Positions 1 to 11,277 of a stretch of DNA of 64,000 nucleotides are shown one piece after another. Origin of the DNA: Paraspadella gotoi (taxonomy: Eukaryota > Animalia > Chaetognatha); the NCBI GenBank assembly GCA_051294375.1, contig CM119266.1:13270735-13334734 (forward strand), written 5' to 3'. How positions within the stretch are numbered: the first letter of the stretch is position 1; every line of letters starts with the position of its first letter. The notes under the pieces were generated by a model. That model saw only the letters and a program-made list of their open reading frames with translations, ran no database searches and had not been told where the DNA came from. Both the position numbers and the translations under genes were made by a program.

Positions 1-152
1 AAGAAAGATAGAGAAAGAAAGAAAGATAGAGAAAGAAAGATAGAAAGAAATAAAAAAGAGAGAAAGAAAAAAAAAAGAAAGAAAGATAAAGAAAGATAAA
101 AAAAAAGAGAGATAAAAAAAAGAAAGAAAGAAAGAGGAAAAGAAAGAAAAGG
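1..152. repeat. Degenerate (AAAG/AGAT)n purine-rich simple repeat
   Basis: Direct reading: aagaaagatagagaaagaaa... Confidence 0.9.
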
Positions 153-347
153 AAAAGCTCGTAATTTTGTCGGCAGCGGCTTTAGAAAAGTTTAGGGATT
201 TTCTATAGGTCATCGGGTTTTTTGCAAAGAAATACTCAGAATCCTTTTGTTATTTAAATATAAGAGGTTACTTTTTGAAACATGTTTTGAAAAAAAAAAA
301 ACTGTGTTACACAACTTCACCTTTTTTAATATCCCTTATTTTTTCAG

Positions 348-1532
348 TCTAAACCTGGAAAATCCATCCTATTCCCAGTGGGAGGGTCCCCAACCGGGCA
401 ACGCGCCCCCGCAAGCCACGCCCACCTCGGCTCCATCGTTTCCCGTCGGCACGTCGTCGTCGTCATCGTCTTCGACGGCGGCGACGGCGGTGCTCAAGTC
501 GCGCGACAAGGACGCTAAGGGAGAGGCGCCGGAGAAAAAGAAAGGTGAGTTGAGAGAGGCAAGAAAAGAAAAGATAGAAATAGAAAAGTGAGTCGATGAG
601 AAAAAGAATAAATCATTAAAGATAGAAGAGGATCCAGAAAAGAAAGTGTAATAGCCTAGCTAGTTCTATTTTAAAAAAAAAAATATTAGTTTAAAATTTA
701 GTGTTTCGATTGCAAACAAAAAGACAATTGTCTGGAGAAACATTTAAAACCTGTAAATGAGCGACAAACCGGAGAAGAACAAGCACGTAGCTATATATTC
801 GGAAGGATGTAACTGAAAGTATGTAACTGTATTTAGCGATGCCGCTAAGATCAAAACGACGCGAATCCATCCATCTTCTTCACTTGAAGTTTAACGACCC
901 ATCTCTTCATTCCTTCTACTTCTCTTTCTCACTTGTTCCCTTCGCTCTCTCACGATCGAAAGGGAAATTTTTTTCACGCTTTTTTTTTCTTGTTGGAGGA
1001 GGGGAAGGAGTAGAAGGAAGAGGAGGAAGAGGAAGAGGAAGGGGGTTTGGATTGAAGTTGAACTCTCTCTGAGCCGACTCTTCGTCGTCTTTGTCTTCGT
1101 CGTCGTCATCGTCGTCGTTTACGTCATCCGCGAGACAATCATTGTTTTAACAACCTACAATCTCTTCATTCCTGCCCCTCCTCCTCCTCCTCCTCCTCAT
1201 CCTTCTTTCCCCCCCCTCTCTTCATCTTTCTCCAGCGGGCCACCCAAAGCGCCGCTCCGGACCCGACTCCAACGGGCGCGCCGGGCGTCATCGACGCCAG
1301 GGCGACGCCGAAGACGCCGCCAACGGTCCGGTCGTCGCCGGTCGCCCCGTTCACGGCGCCGCTCGACCGGGCAGAGGTGCCGAAGAGGGCAAGGGTCAAA
1401 GATGCCCGGGTCGACCCGACGCAGAAAACGGAGAAGGAAAAGAGTTTTGCAACGTCATCGGACGGATCGACGGACAGACGGGCAAGATGGGATCGAGGGA
1501 GACGCTGCTCAGTTTGCAGAAGCAGAATAACG
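348..1532 (+). CDS. Internal exons (348..544, 1236..1532) of a low-complexity Ser/Pro/Gly-rich protein; 5' end lies outside the window or is unresolved
   Basis: GC-rich blocks bounded by ttttcag| ... |gtgag and tccag| ... |gtaag with open frames; no recognisable domain; link to the downstream CD225 gene is ambiguous. Confidence 0.45.
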
Positions 1533-2097
1533 GTAAGTGGAGGAATTAGAAGTGAGAGGGGAGATGGGATGAAGAAATGGGTAGAGGAAAACGGAGAAAC
1601 TTAGGAGGAACGAAAGAAAAGAAAGAGGGATATTGATAAAAAAAAAAAGTTAAAATGAGATAAAAGGGTGAAATATAGAATGATTACTTGGGTGGTAGGG
1701 GAAAGGTAAAATAGAGGATGAGATTAACAATCATTTGAGATTATCTGTGGTAAGTCATAAAAATTTTTAAACCTTTAAATGATTGTTTTGTTTTCTTTAT
1801 AAAAAAAAAGAAATTTGAAAGTGAAACAAAAGAATGAAAAACATTGCGAAAAAAAATAAAGAAAAAAAAAGAATGAAGAATGAAGATAAGTAATGAAAAA
1901 AAAAAAATTAAAAAACCAAAACCAGGAAATATGAAAATGAAAAATAGTATCGATAAACAACGAATGACTCATATTTTCCTTCGATAAAAATTCAATTTAG
2001 TTTCACCATTATTCTTTCCTTTAGTCTTTATCTCCAAAAATCTCAAGTTTCACATTTTTTGTTTTTCATTCACATTTTTCTCGAATTAATTTTTCAG

Positions 2098-3863
2098 GCG
2101 CGAATCCCACGGATTTCTTCGACTGGGAGAGGAAGCGATCCGACGGCGACGACGGCGACGACGACGACGACGATTTCGTGGCGGGCGAACGACGAACGGC
2201 GACGACGATCCGACCCGTGTGCAGTCAACGACGACGAAGGATCACTTAACCCTCCAGCCCATACGGATAGCCCACTCGAACGCCTACCTCTTACTTCCCT
2301 TACCACTCTCGTCGGTCGCCCAGCGGATCTGCGCTCCCCCCCACCACTTTCGATCCCCGGCCACCACCAAAACACCTATCATAATAATCGACAACACCAA
2401 AACTGGGTTGCGGCCAGACTGGACTGCGGTTGGGGCGACGACGACGACGTCGACGGTTCGCGTTGCTCGTCGCCGGACGCGTCGCCCTCGCGGTCGCCGA
2501 GATTCGGCTACGGGTTCGCGCCAGAGACTACGACGTGGCAGATGCAGCAACAGATGCTGCAGCAACATCAACAGCAGCAGCACGGTGGCAAGAGGGAGAG
2601 TCCGCCCTTTGGAACGGGTAAGGAAAAATGGGAAAGAGGAAAAGAAATGGAAGAAAGTAAAAGTGGAACTCTATGAAATCATCCGAAACATTTTGTTTCA
2701 GTTTCTTACGTAGCAACTGATAACTGCTTTTCTATGCCATTTCCTGTATGAATTCGCTCTGGCAGAGTGGTCCTCTCATGGAAAGGAAGTGAATAGTTCT
2801 CCACAACAGTAAAGCGTCCTTTAGCCTCAACCGTTGTCTTGTATGGAACAAAATTTATTTTCCACCCCAGAAAATCCTGGCCCCCCGTTTTCCTTTCTTT
2901 GCCTCGACAAAAACCAATCTGAGAAGAAAGAGAAAGTCTGACAAACCTCATTTCCTTCGTATTCCCGAACACGATAATTGAGGCCAGACCGTGCAGGCAA
3001 AGGAGAAAGAAAAAAAAAAGAAAGGAAAAAGATGGAAAAAAGAAAGAAGAAAAAGAAAAGAGTTTGTTATCAGTCGTCTTTCAATTTTCCCTTTCCTTTT
3101 CGCCGCTGATCCCCTCAATAATTGGATCTCGGCGCGTGCGCGGGAGAGATGGAAAAAGTTCGCACGGACCCGCGCGCGGTTTGGGCACACGCTGGTTTTT
3201 TTTTAGTTTTTTTTTAACTTTTTATCCTTTTATCCTTTTATCTCTTTTATCGGCGTTATTTTTCTCTTTACCTTTTTATCAATTGGTTGTTATAAGCTGG
3301 TTTTCATACTTCATGATATGAAAGTAAAATAGATGGATCGCTGATCTTTTGTTTCGTTCGTTTTCGTGACTTTCTCATTTGCCGACTCGTCCACTCACAA
3401 AGGCGCGCCGCACTCTCGCAACCCCGACCGCCTCGGGCTGGCAACGCGGCGCCTTCCATCTTTGCCTCGAGGCGGCGGGAAGTGGGGGAGAGGCGACGAA
3501 GGGCGCGTAGCCTCGCGCGAAGACGTTCGGCGCCCCCGGCGTCGACTTTTATCGCTGGCGCCGATCGTGACGGCTTCACGTGACTCACCACGACAGGGGA
3601 AGGGAGGGGGGTGTAGGGGATCTGGAGTGGTAAAGAAAACGAGAAAAGTCGTGGGGGGTTATTATCCCTTGGTGGCAAAAATGAAAATTCCGATGATGAA
3701 TCCACACAGCGGGTTGTGGTGTTTTTGCGGTTGTGGTTGTGGTTGTGGTTGGGTGGATTGTGGGCGATTCGGATTTGCGGTTCGAGGAAAAGAGGAAGAC
3801 GGTGAAAAGATTTGTGTTACGCTTCCGAGGTTATCGATTTTCCGTCATCATATTATCTTTTTT

Positions 3864-3910
<47 letters not shown>

Positions 3911-4844
3911 CTCGAGTCGATGATAATCCGCTGCAAAAACAATCGTTCAAGTTTCCTATTATTCTTATTTTATTTAATCTACTTAATAATTTAAAACAAT
4001 GTTTTTCTACCTCTTTCCAGACAACCTTCCCTTGGGCACGAGCTGCAGCCCCCAAGCGACATCTCGATGTGCTCAGCAGCAGCTTTCCCAAGAAACCGCG
4101 GCCGCAGCAGCCGCGCAGGAGCACCACCGACAGCTTCAACATTTGCGGAAGCAGCAGTTGCAGCACCATCAAGCTCAACAACTCCATCATCAACAGCACA
4201 GTTTACTTCCGCCGCCGCTGGACTCGATTCCACCTCTCACGACGACGACAGCGGGGCCGCTGACGAAGCCGCCGCCGCCGATCACGCAGCTGCCTCTCCC
4301 GGCGCTGCCGCCGTGCGCTAACCAAAGTGAGTTGAATGCCACGACAGGTTTCGCGACGATTCTTTAACATATCTTTGGTAAAATCCATAGAATTTAAATA
4401 TCAGAAATGACGAGGGGGAAATTATAAATAATTGTAGCATCAGTAAATTTTGCCGATTTAACTTTTGCAAATAATAAGATATAATTTCAAACTAAATCAT
4501 CCCCTCCTCTCCATTATCCCTTCTCTCCAGCCGATTTCCCTCCCGCCAACCCCAAGACCGTCAAGGACCATTTTCTTCTCTCCCTCCTCGCCACCCTCTT
4601 CTGCTGCGTTCCTCTCGGCCTCGTCGCCCTCGTCTACAGCAACAAGTGCCGCAAGGCGAAGCACCTCGGCCACAACGACTCCGCCGTCAAGTGGAGCCGC
4701 AAGGCGCAGACGCTCGTCAAGTTTAGCCTCATGCTCGGCTTCATTTGCGGCAACATGTTCGTCCTCATCGTCTGCTTCATCTACCTCTTTCCGCATTCGT
4801 CCTACTGGAGCGGGGCAGGGGGCGACGCGGGGGTTCGGGGTTGA
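2098..4844 (+). CDS. CD225/dispanin family membrane protein (PRRT/TMEM91/IFITM-like) with a long Gln/Pro-rich N-terminus
   Basis: Phase-compatible exons 2098..2617, 4021..4326, 4531..4844. The last exon (frame absent from the ORF track) reads [75 protein letters not shown], the CD225 signature (D..L...LFCC.PLG..A..YS) plus a C-terminal TM helix. Start codon uncertain. Confidence 0.8.
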
Positions 4845-5337
4845 TGGAGGAGCTTGGGGTCGGATGATCTTTGAGGGGAGGGGGGAGGGGGCTGGTCAAT
4901 GACCAGTGGTCATTGGCTAAATATTGAGGGGGTGAATAGTTAAATTGTGCACACTTTTTATTGGTAAATAAGAAAGGAAAAGAAAAGAGTAAAAACGAAG
5001 AGACATTGTTTCTCCTAAAAATTTACCTTTGACAAGTTCAATTCATACCAACTTAATAACAAATATTTCCGATCATAGTCAAATAAAAAAATGTCTTTCC
5101 TTGTCCCGACCGAGTCGGCGTTTTGAAAAAGAATCGCGTTCAAAATAGATAAAAAAAAATCTCTTATCTATGACAAGCTTTCGTTTTTGCCCTCTTGACA
5201 GACTTTAGTTGACACAGATGCCTCACATGACACACTCGAAGCGGACGATACACTCGACGCCGCTGACGTGATCGACGCAGATGACACAGTTCACCGCGCT
5301 CTTTTGTCTTATCTGTCTTATCTTCGTCGTCTTCGTT

Positions 5338-5369
<32 letters not shown>

Positions 5370-6780
5370 CGGGAGACAGAAAATCGAGACCCATATGCTT
5401 GAAAATCTCACTCACTTTTTTTTTGGGTAAAGGGTGGATTGATTGACTGACTGATTAAAGATAAGATCCTCTTCCCGACTTTTAAAAACGCCAGAGCACG
5501 ATTTCAATTGGTCGGTCATTCTATTTCTATCGAAATTGTTGTGTAAATCGAAACAAAAACACCGCTTTTTAGCTACGTACAGGATTTTATCCTTATTCTC
5601 TTTTACTTTTTGGTTGTGCGCGTGTGATTTAATTCATTTTTTTTGCTCTTGTTACGCCATTAATTTATTTATGATAATTCTCCTTTCTTTGAATTAAGTT
5701 TTTATTTCAGTTTTTGTCAGTCATAATTCCATGGTTGTTTTTGCTTTAAATGTTAAAATATTGCGACAATAAATAAAATATAAACCAAAATTCGAAGCTT
5801 TTTGTTCTAGAGGAATTCACCTTAGTTGTAGAAAGTTGTAGAAAGTTACACGACTCCCATAATGAAATACAGTGCGTAATCGAAAATTACTGATAATTTG
5901 TGATTGAAAGCTTGTAGGTTCCTTCTATGTTATTATCTTGTGAGAGAACTCGTGGCTTTTACTTAAACCACCGCTGCCAAAGTTAGGGGCACAATAATAT
6001 TGTCAATGTAACTTATTCATTGAATGAATGGATGAGCAATTGAGCATCATTGGTTGAACCAAATTTTAATAAATATAAAATCAGTTAAAAATAATTCAAT
6101 AAAATAAAATAAATTGCACCAATTTTTTATGAATATTAAGTAATTTGATAATAATTCAATCTAATAATTGAATTTTAAGAAATACTCAATAATATATCGA
6201 TTTTTTGTTTTTTGTTGAATCCTGTTCTACACGCGCGTCGCACTCAAACAAAACGAAGAAATGTGCACAAAAGAACAATTTTTTAGTCGCCGTAAATTAG
6301 TATTTGTGACGGACCGAAAAGACCGAAAAGTCGGATAATTTACCAATTAAATTTATTTCTAAAGTTGAGAGCCATGCGTTTGAATGCAAGTGATCCAATT
6401 AACCACCCAAAAATTTCACTTCGAGATTTATAACAAAGAATCCTTCGCATGACCGAGGACAAAAAAAAGGATGGATGATTATTTCGTGCAACAGTTAACA
6501 ATATCTTAGCTCGGTATTCCTTTCGTGCAGAGATATTAAAGTAAAAAAAAATGTAGAAGAGATCAGATTTAGTTTTTTCATGACAACGCCTAGCAACCAA
6601 GGAGAGTAAATTAACACGTTTCGAAGGAACGTAGCGCCTCTTAATGTAATTTGTCGCCTCTTATTAATAAAAAAAAAAAATAGTGGAACGATACATTGCC
6701 TTGTGTTTCTGCAATAAAAGAATTTCGAGTCAAACTCTGAACAGAATTTAATCCTTTATCGGTTCTCAATCAAGCTCACC

Positions 6781-7626
6781 ATGCCGGCGACAGTCACCGG
6801 TCCCACTATCCCCTTCAAGCTACCTCCACTGGGCGGCCCTGGTGACCCGCTCAAGTGGAGTCAGCCGGGTTGGCGAGTGGAGCGTCGGTTCGATCCCGGC
6901 GTCCTCATAGGAAACTGGTACGAGGAGCGCCGGGATTTCGACGTCTCTCGGCGCCACGATTTCCCTACGACGAACTCGAGCGAATTCCCCGCGTATCCCG
7001 ATGCGCGCCCCGACATCGTCGTCCGCAGGACAAACTTGCTGCGGCGTGGCGGTCAACCCAAGGAGCGCATCTTTCTCCATCACGATCACGCCTACTCTGG
7101 CAACCTCGTTTCTCTCTACGACGAAAAGTACAACGGACGCGAGTTGAGCGAGAGCGACCTTCCTCAGCGCCGCTCCTGGGACCGGCACCGTCTCACCTGG
7201 GCGCCGGAAAAGTCCGATCATCCCCTACAGGGCGCCGGGACTCGTTTCCGGTTGTCCGAACAAAAGCGGCGCCAGTGGGCGGCGGAGGCGGCGGCGGGCG
7301 ACGCCGGCGACTGGTCGACCTCCACGGCGTCTCATTTTGTCGCGCCGCCCGTCAACTCTTTGGTGACGAGCCACTTCGCGGCGCCACGCACGCTCAGCAG
7401 CCATCTGTTGGCTTTTAATCAGATCAACCGGTACTTGAGCCTCAGGGGCGTGCCGGCCCGGCAGGCGCCTGACTCTTTCGTTCTGCCCATCGGGGCGGAC
7501 GCGGTGGCCTGCGAATGCGTTGGGGAGCGGACGGGGCGGGGAGAGGGCGGCGGCGTTGCCGGAGGAGGCGGCGAATGGCAAGCGTCGGAAGAGAAGATGG
7601 GAGTACAAGTCAGCGTGAAAGAATGA
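6781..7626 (+). CDS. CFAP107: Cilia- and flagella-associated protein 107 (C1orf158-like), single exon, 281 aa
   Basis: PGWRVERRF..GVLIGNWYEERR, PDARPD, HHDH...NLVSLYDEKYN and W.PEKSDHPL match the CFAP107 pattern (W.IE..Y..KVL.GNW.EERR ... LISTYDDHYN ... WLPEKSDFPL). Confidence 0.88.
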   Translation: MPATVTGPTIPFKLPPLGGPGDPLKWSQPGWRVERRFDPGVLIGNWYEERRDFDVSRRHDFPTTNSSEFPAYPDARPDIVVRRTNLLRRGGQPKERIFLHHDHAYSGNLVSLYDEKYNGRELSESDLPQRRSWDRHRLTWAPEKSDHPLQGAGTRFRLSEQKRRQWAAEAAAGDAGDWSTSTASHFVAPPVNSLVTSHFAAPRTLSSHLLAFNQINRYLSLRGVPARQAPDSFVLPIGADAVACECVGERTGRGEGGGVAGGGGEWQASEEKMGVQVSVKE

Positions 7627-8321
7627 ATTATGAATCTGAAGAGAAATTAACATTTTTTTACTAAACCTTTGAAATGCGCTTTTTTTTTCGTGCGCGCATA
7701 TATATGTTCTCAATTTGTCATTTTCCACCCTCTCTGAAAAAACTCTTTCCAAGTATACACCGGTGATATTTGCGTTGTCCTTTTGTTTTCATCTCAACGC
7801 CTCGCAATCAGTTGCAAATGGATTCTTATTTCTTTTTTTTTCTTTTCGTGGCCGAATTTGTCATTTGGCCTTTTTCGGTGTCAACAAACGCGGCAAATGT
7901 CAGACTCTGAAACTCCGTCATTTCCCCTACGTTCTTTCATTTCTTCCCTATTTTTTTGTTTCACTCGAGATCTCACTGTCTTCTTTTATTTTTTTCCCCA
8001 CATGTCTACTGAATTAAACCAAATAAAATAAAAACGTTTTCTCGACTTTTTTTTAGTGACAATACTTTTAAGCCTGGTTACGAAAACGATTTTTCTACGA
8101 AAAGTCGAAAGAATTTTAAATTGGATCTAAATTTTAAATCTAAAGTTACAAAAATAATACGACAATGCGTTTGATTCATACAGAAAGCGAGCAATTTCAT
8201 AGGAAGAAAAACACGTAGGTCCAGCCTGAAGAAATCATGATATAAAAATAAATATTGGTAGGTGAACATACAAAAGAACATACCTAAAACCACTATTTAA
8301 CCTACATACTCTTCACAATCG

Positions 8322-9667
8322 TCATAATTTGTCCTTCATGTTGGCGGCGGCGACGAAAGGATCGACATCGACGACGCTGCGGACGAAGAGTTCCATCGTC
8401 CCTACGTCGCCGTAAGTGGCGCCGATATCCGCCCGTGGAATGAACCGCCCCACCGCCGGCGTCGTCGACGCCTCCTCTGGCGTCGGCAGATAAACGGCGC
8501 CGGAAAAAGCGTATCGATCGAGGGCGAAAAAGAATCGCGCGACGCCGAGAATGGCGCGAAGGATTTGCCGCGTGGCGTCGGGACGAGCAGCGTCGACGCG
8601 AAAGAGAATTTCGCGATTCTTGACCGGCGTCAGATGCGCGCAGAGCACCGCCGCTTCCCGCGTCACGCAGAGTCCAAGCGCTTCGTGAACGCCGAAAAGA
8701 TCGTCGAAGAACGCTCGTCCCGAATGGGCGGCGTCGTAGCGCCTAGCGGCCTCCAGCAGCGCCCGGGCTCGCCCCGGGGGCGCCGTATCCTGAGCCACCC
8801 CGTGGAGATGAAAGTGGGATTGCGAGGCGCCGGCCGGACGGAGGTGATCGATGAGAATCACGCGGTGCCGAGCGGCGTAAGAGTCACGGCGTTCCGCACG
8901 TTGGAACCAGGCGTCGACGAGATCAGCGGCGGCGTCGGCGTCGGCGGCGTTCAGTTCCAACGCGGAATGCTTTTTGGGAAAGACGACGATCTGTTCCCCG
9001 CTGAAGGGAAACGAGTTGGCGAAGGTCGCGGCGAGGTCGTTCTCCAAACGCCCCTCCTCCTCCTGAGCCGTCTCCTGGCGAAACTCGCAGAGATCACAGG
9101 GACGTCGCGAGAGCAGCTCCTCCGCCAAGCGGCGCTGCTCTGCTCCAGCGCCGCCTATCGAAGGCCGCTTGGACCGCAGCGGATTGAAGATCATTTCCTC
9201 CGCTGTCCAAACGTTCGTTAGCCGAGTCAGGTTCTGGCGCCGCAGCGAATCCACCGGCGCGGCGGAGCCGAGGAGGCGAGCGAGTTTCGGCGCCAGGAAC
9301 GGAGGATAGGCGAGGGAGTGTCTTTCGCGGTGGAGATCGTAGAGGGCGCGGAAGCGGGCGGAGAGGGCGGTGCAGGTTGGAGAGAGGGATGTGAGTTGGA
9401 AAAGATCTTCGAGAGAGGAGAACGTAAAGGGGCAGCTATGTTGGAGAAGGCGAAGTGTAATAAGTCAGGAATGTGATCACTTTTCCAATGTTGCTTAAAA
9501 TTAACTCACCTGAGATTTTCGTTGATTATTTCTTGGGAGATTCTTTTGAATTGTTCTTGTCTATCGGTGATCGCGAAAAATCCGAAAAATAAACCGCAGA
9601 CGATGAGAAAACTAAGAAGTAAGTTTTGTTTAAGCTTCGCTTTTTTCCCAAATGAAAGCGGCTTCAT
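8322..9667 (-). CDS. GalT/HIT-superfamily protein with an N-terminal signal anchor (~423 aa, 2 exons)
   Basis: Exons 9667..9510 and 9435..8322 joined by a 74 nt GT-AG intron, phase 2 consistent. N-terminus [33 protein letters not shown] (basic tail then hydrophobic helix); motifs FNPLRSKRP, CDLC, NSFP, GASQSHFHLH. Confidence 0.75.
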
Positions 9668-9821
9668 GGTGATTTCAATATTTATTATGAAAACGGAGTA
9701 ATTTTAATTCTTATTGTATAGTATTGTGAGTTAACGTGATAAATGTATCAATCTTTCTCATTTTCAGTGTGGAGATATCGAATCCCGGAATTCACCAGCG
9801 AGGTTTACAGATCTCTTTGGC

Positions 9822-9896
<75 letters not shown>

Positions 9897-11277
9897 GCGA
9901 TCTTAGACATCGTGGCTTCAGTTCAGTGAGCGAGTGAGGGGGAGGGAAAAGATGAATAGAATAAAAGGAAGCGAAAGATATATAGTTACTGTATAAGAAA
10001 TTATATTGGTAGAAGAATTTTTACTTTATCATAGATCAGATTTTCAATAGTAGCATTCCGCAATCTTGATTTTAATCATTTTAAATAACTCGATCTTTAT
10101 AAATGAAAACATTCTATATCACGTTTCCTGGTTGAAGAGCTCAAAGGCATAAACAGTGAAACTGCGCGTTTTCGTGTCTACGAGCGGCTTTCCGTATTTG
10201 TGATTGTTGTAGTTGTACTATATGTACTAGTATGTAGCAACGATGATGTACCACGTGATTTAGGGAATATTTTCCCCTTTTCAATAAAATATTGACTTTT
10301 GTTTTTCAACCTCGTCAGCCTCATAGCTTTTTGATGCCGTCATGTACATAAATCCTGCCCATGAGATCATCCTTGCGTGTGGAGATTTCATCGGAGAGAA
10401 TTCGATTTCTACTCCGAATACACGACCTCTATCTTTCTTATTCTTTCTTTCTTTCTTTCTTTCTTTCATTTTTATATCTTTCTTTTTTTTTCACTCGACT
10501 GTCGTCCTTCTCTAGTGGATCTAGTCAAAACCTGCTCCAAGTAAAGACCCTTCTGTTCTGATCTGGAGAACGAAAATACAAAACGAGTTATCGAGTCGAA
10601 ACTCGCTTTTACCAAAAATAGACAACGCTTTTTTTTTGGGAATTTTATTACCTATTTTTTTTCCGTTTTCGGCCACCAAATAAAATTATCCGATTTGGGC
10701 CATTTCTTTTTCAAAAGCAGCGTTCGGATACATCGGCTTTTCTGACCTCGATCCCCGTTTATCGATCCTCGTTCTCGACGATGTAAACAAAGATGATTTA
10801 CTTCGGCGGATTTTAAAAATAAAACTGGGGATCGAAAACGTTACCAGGTTAGATCGAAAAATATAAAATATAACAAAAACTGGTTTGACAAAAAAAAACA
10901 AAAACAAAAACAAAAAACAAAAGGAAACAAAATAAAAAAGGAAAAAGGGCCTTTTTCGCCAGATTTTTTTCTCAGAGTTGGTCTGCTTATTTAGTTCCGG
11001 TCTTTTTGTCCCCCCCCCCAAAAAAAAAGATATATCTTTCCGACTCTGAATTGATCATATTAGAGTCATTTTGGCCAGAAAAAATCCGCCTACTCTGAAG
11101 TTTTTTTTTTTTTTTAATGCTTTATTTTCTTAATTAATTTAATGGTTTACAGTCACAAAAGCAAATCATTCTAACTATTTATATTTTTAATAAATATAAA
11201 ATAAAAAAATTAAAAGAATCAATTTTAACCAAACCAACTCCCAGGTCGAAGGCCGAGTCTTCCGACTCTCTCGCGAG

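Noticed and set aside
5164-5415. Minus-strand 83 aa ORF with poly-Asp and Cys/His residues
   Set aside because: Driven by a (GAC)n repeat; no domain or convincing gene structure, though a small exon cannot be excluded.
8565-9221. 218 aa plus-strand ORF
   Set aside because: Antisense shadow of the GC-rich GalT/HIT-like exon.
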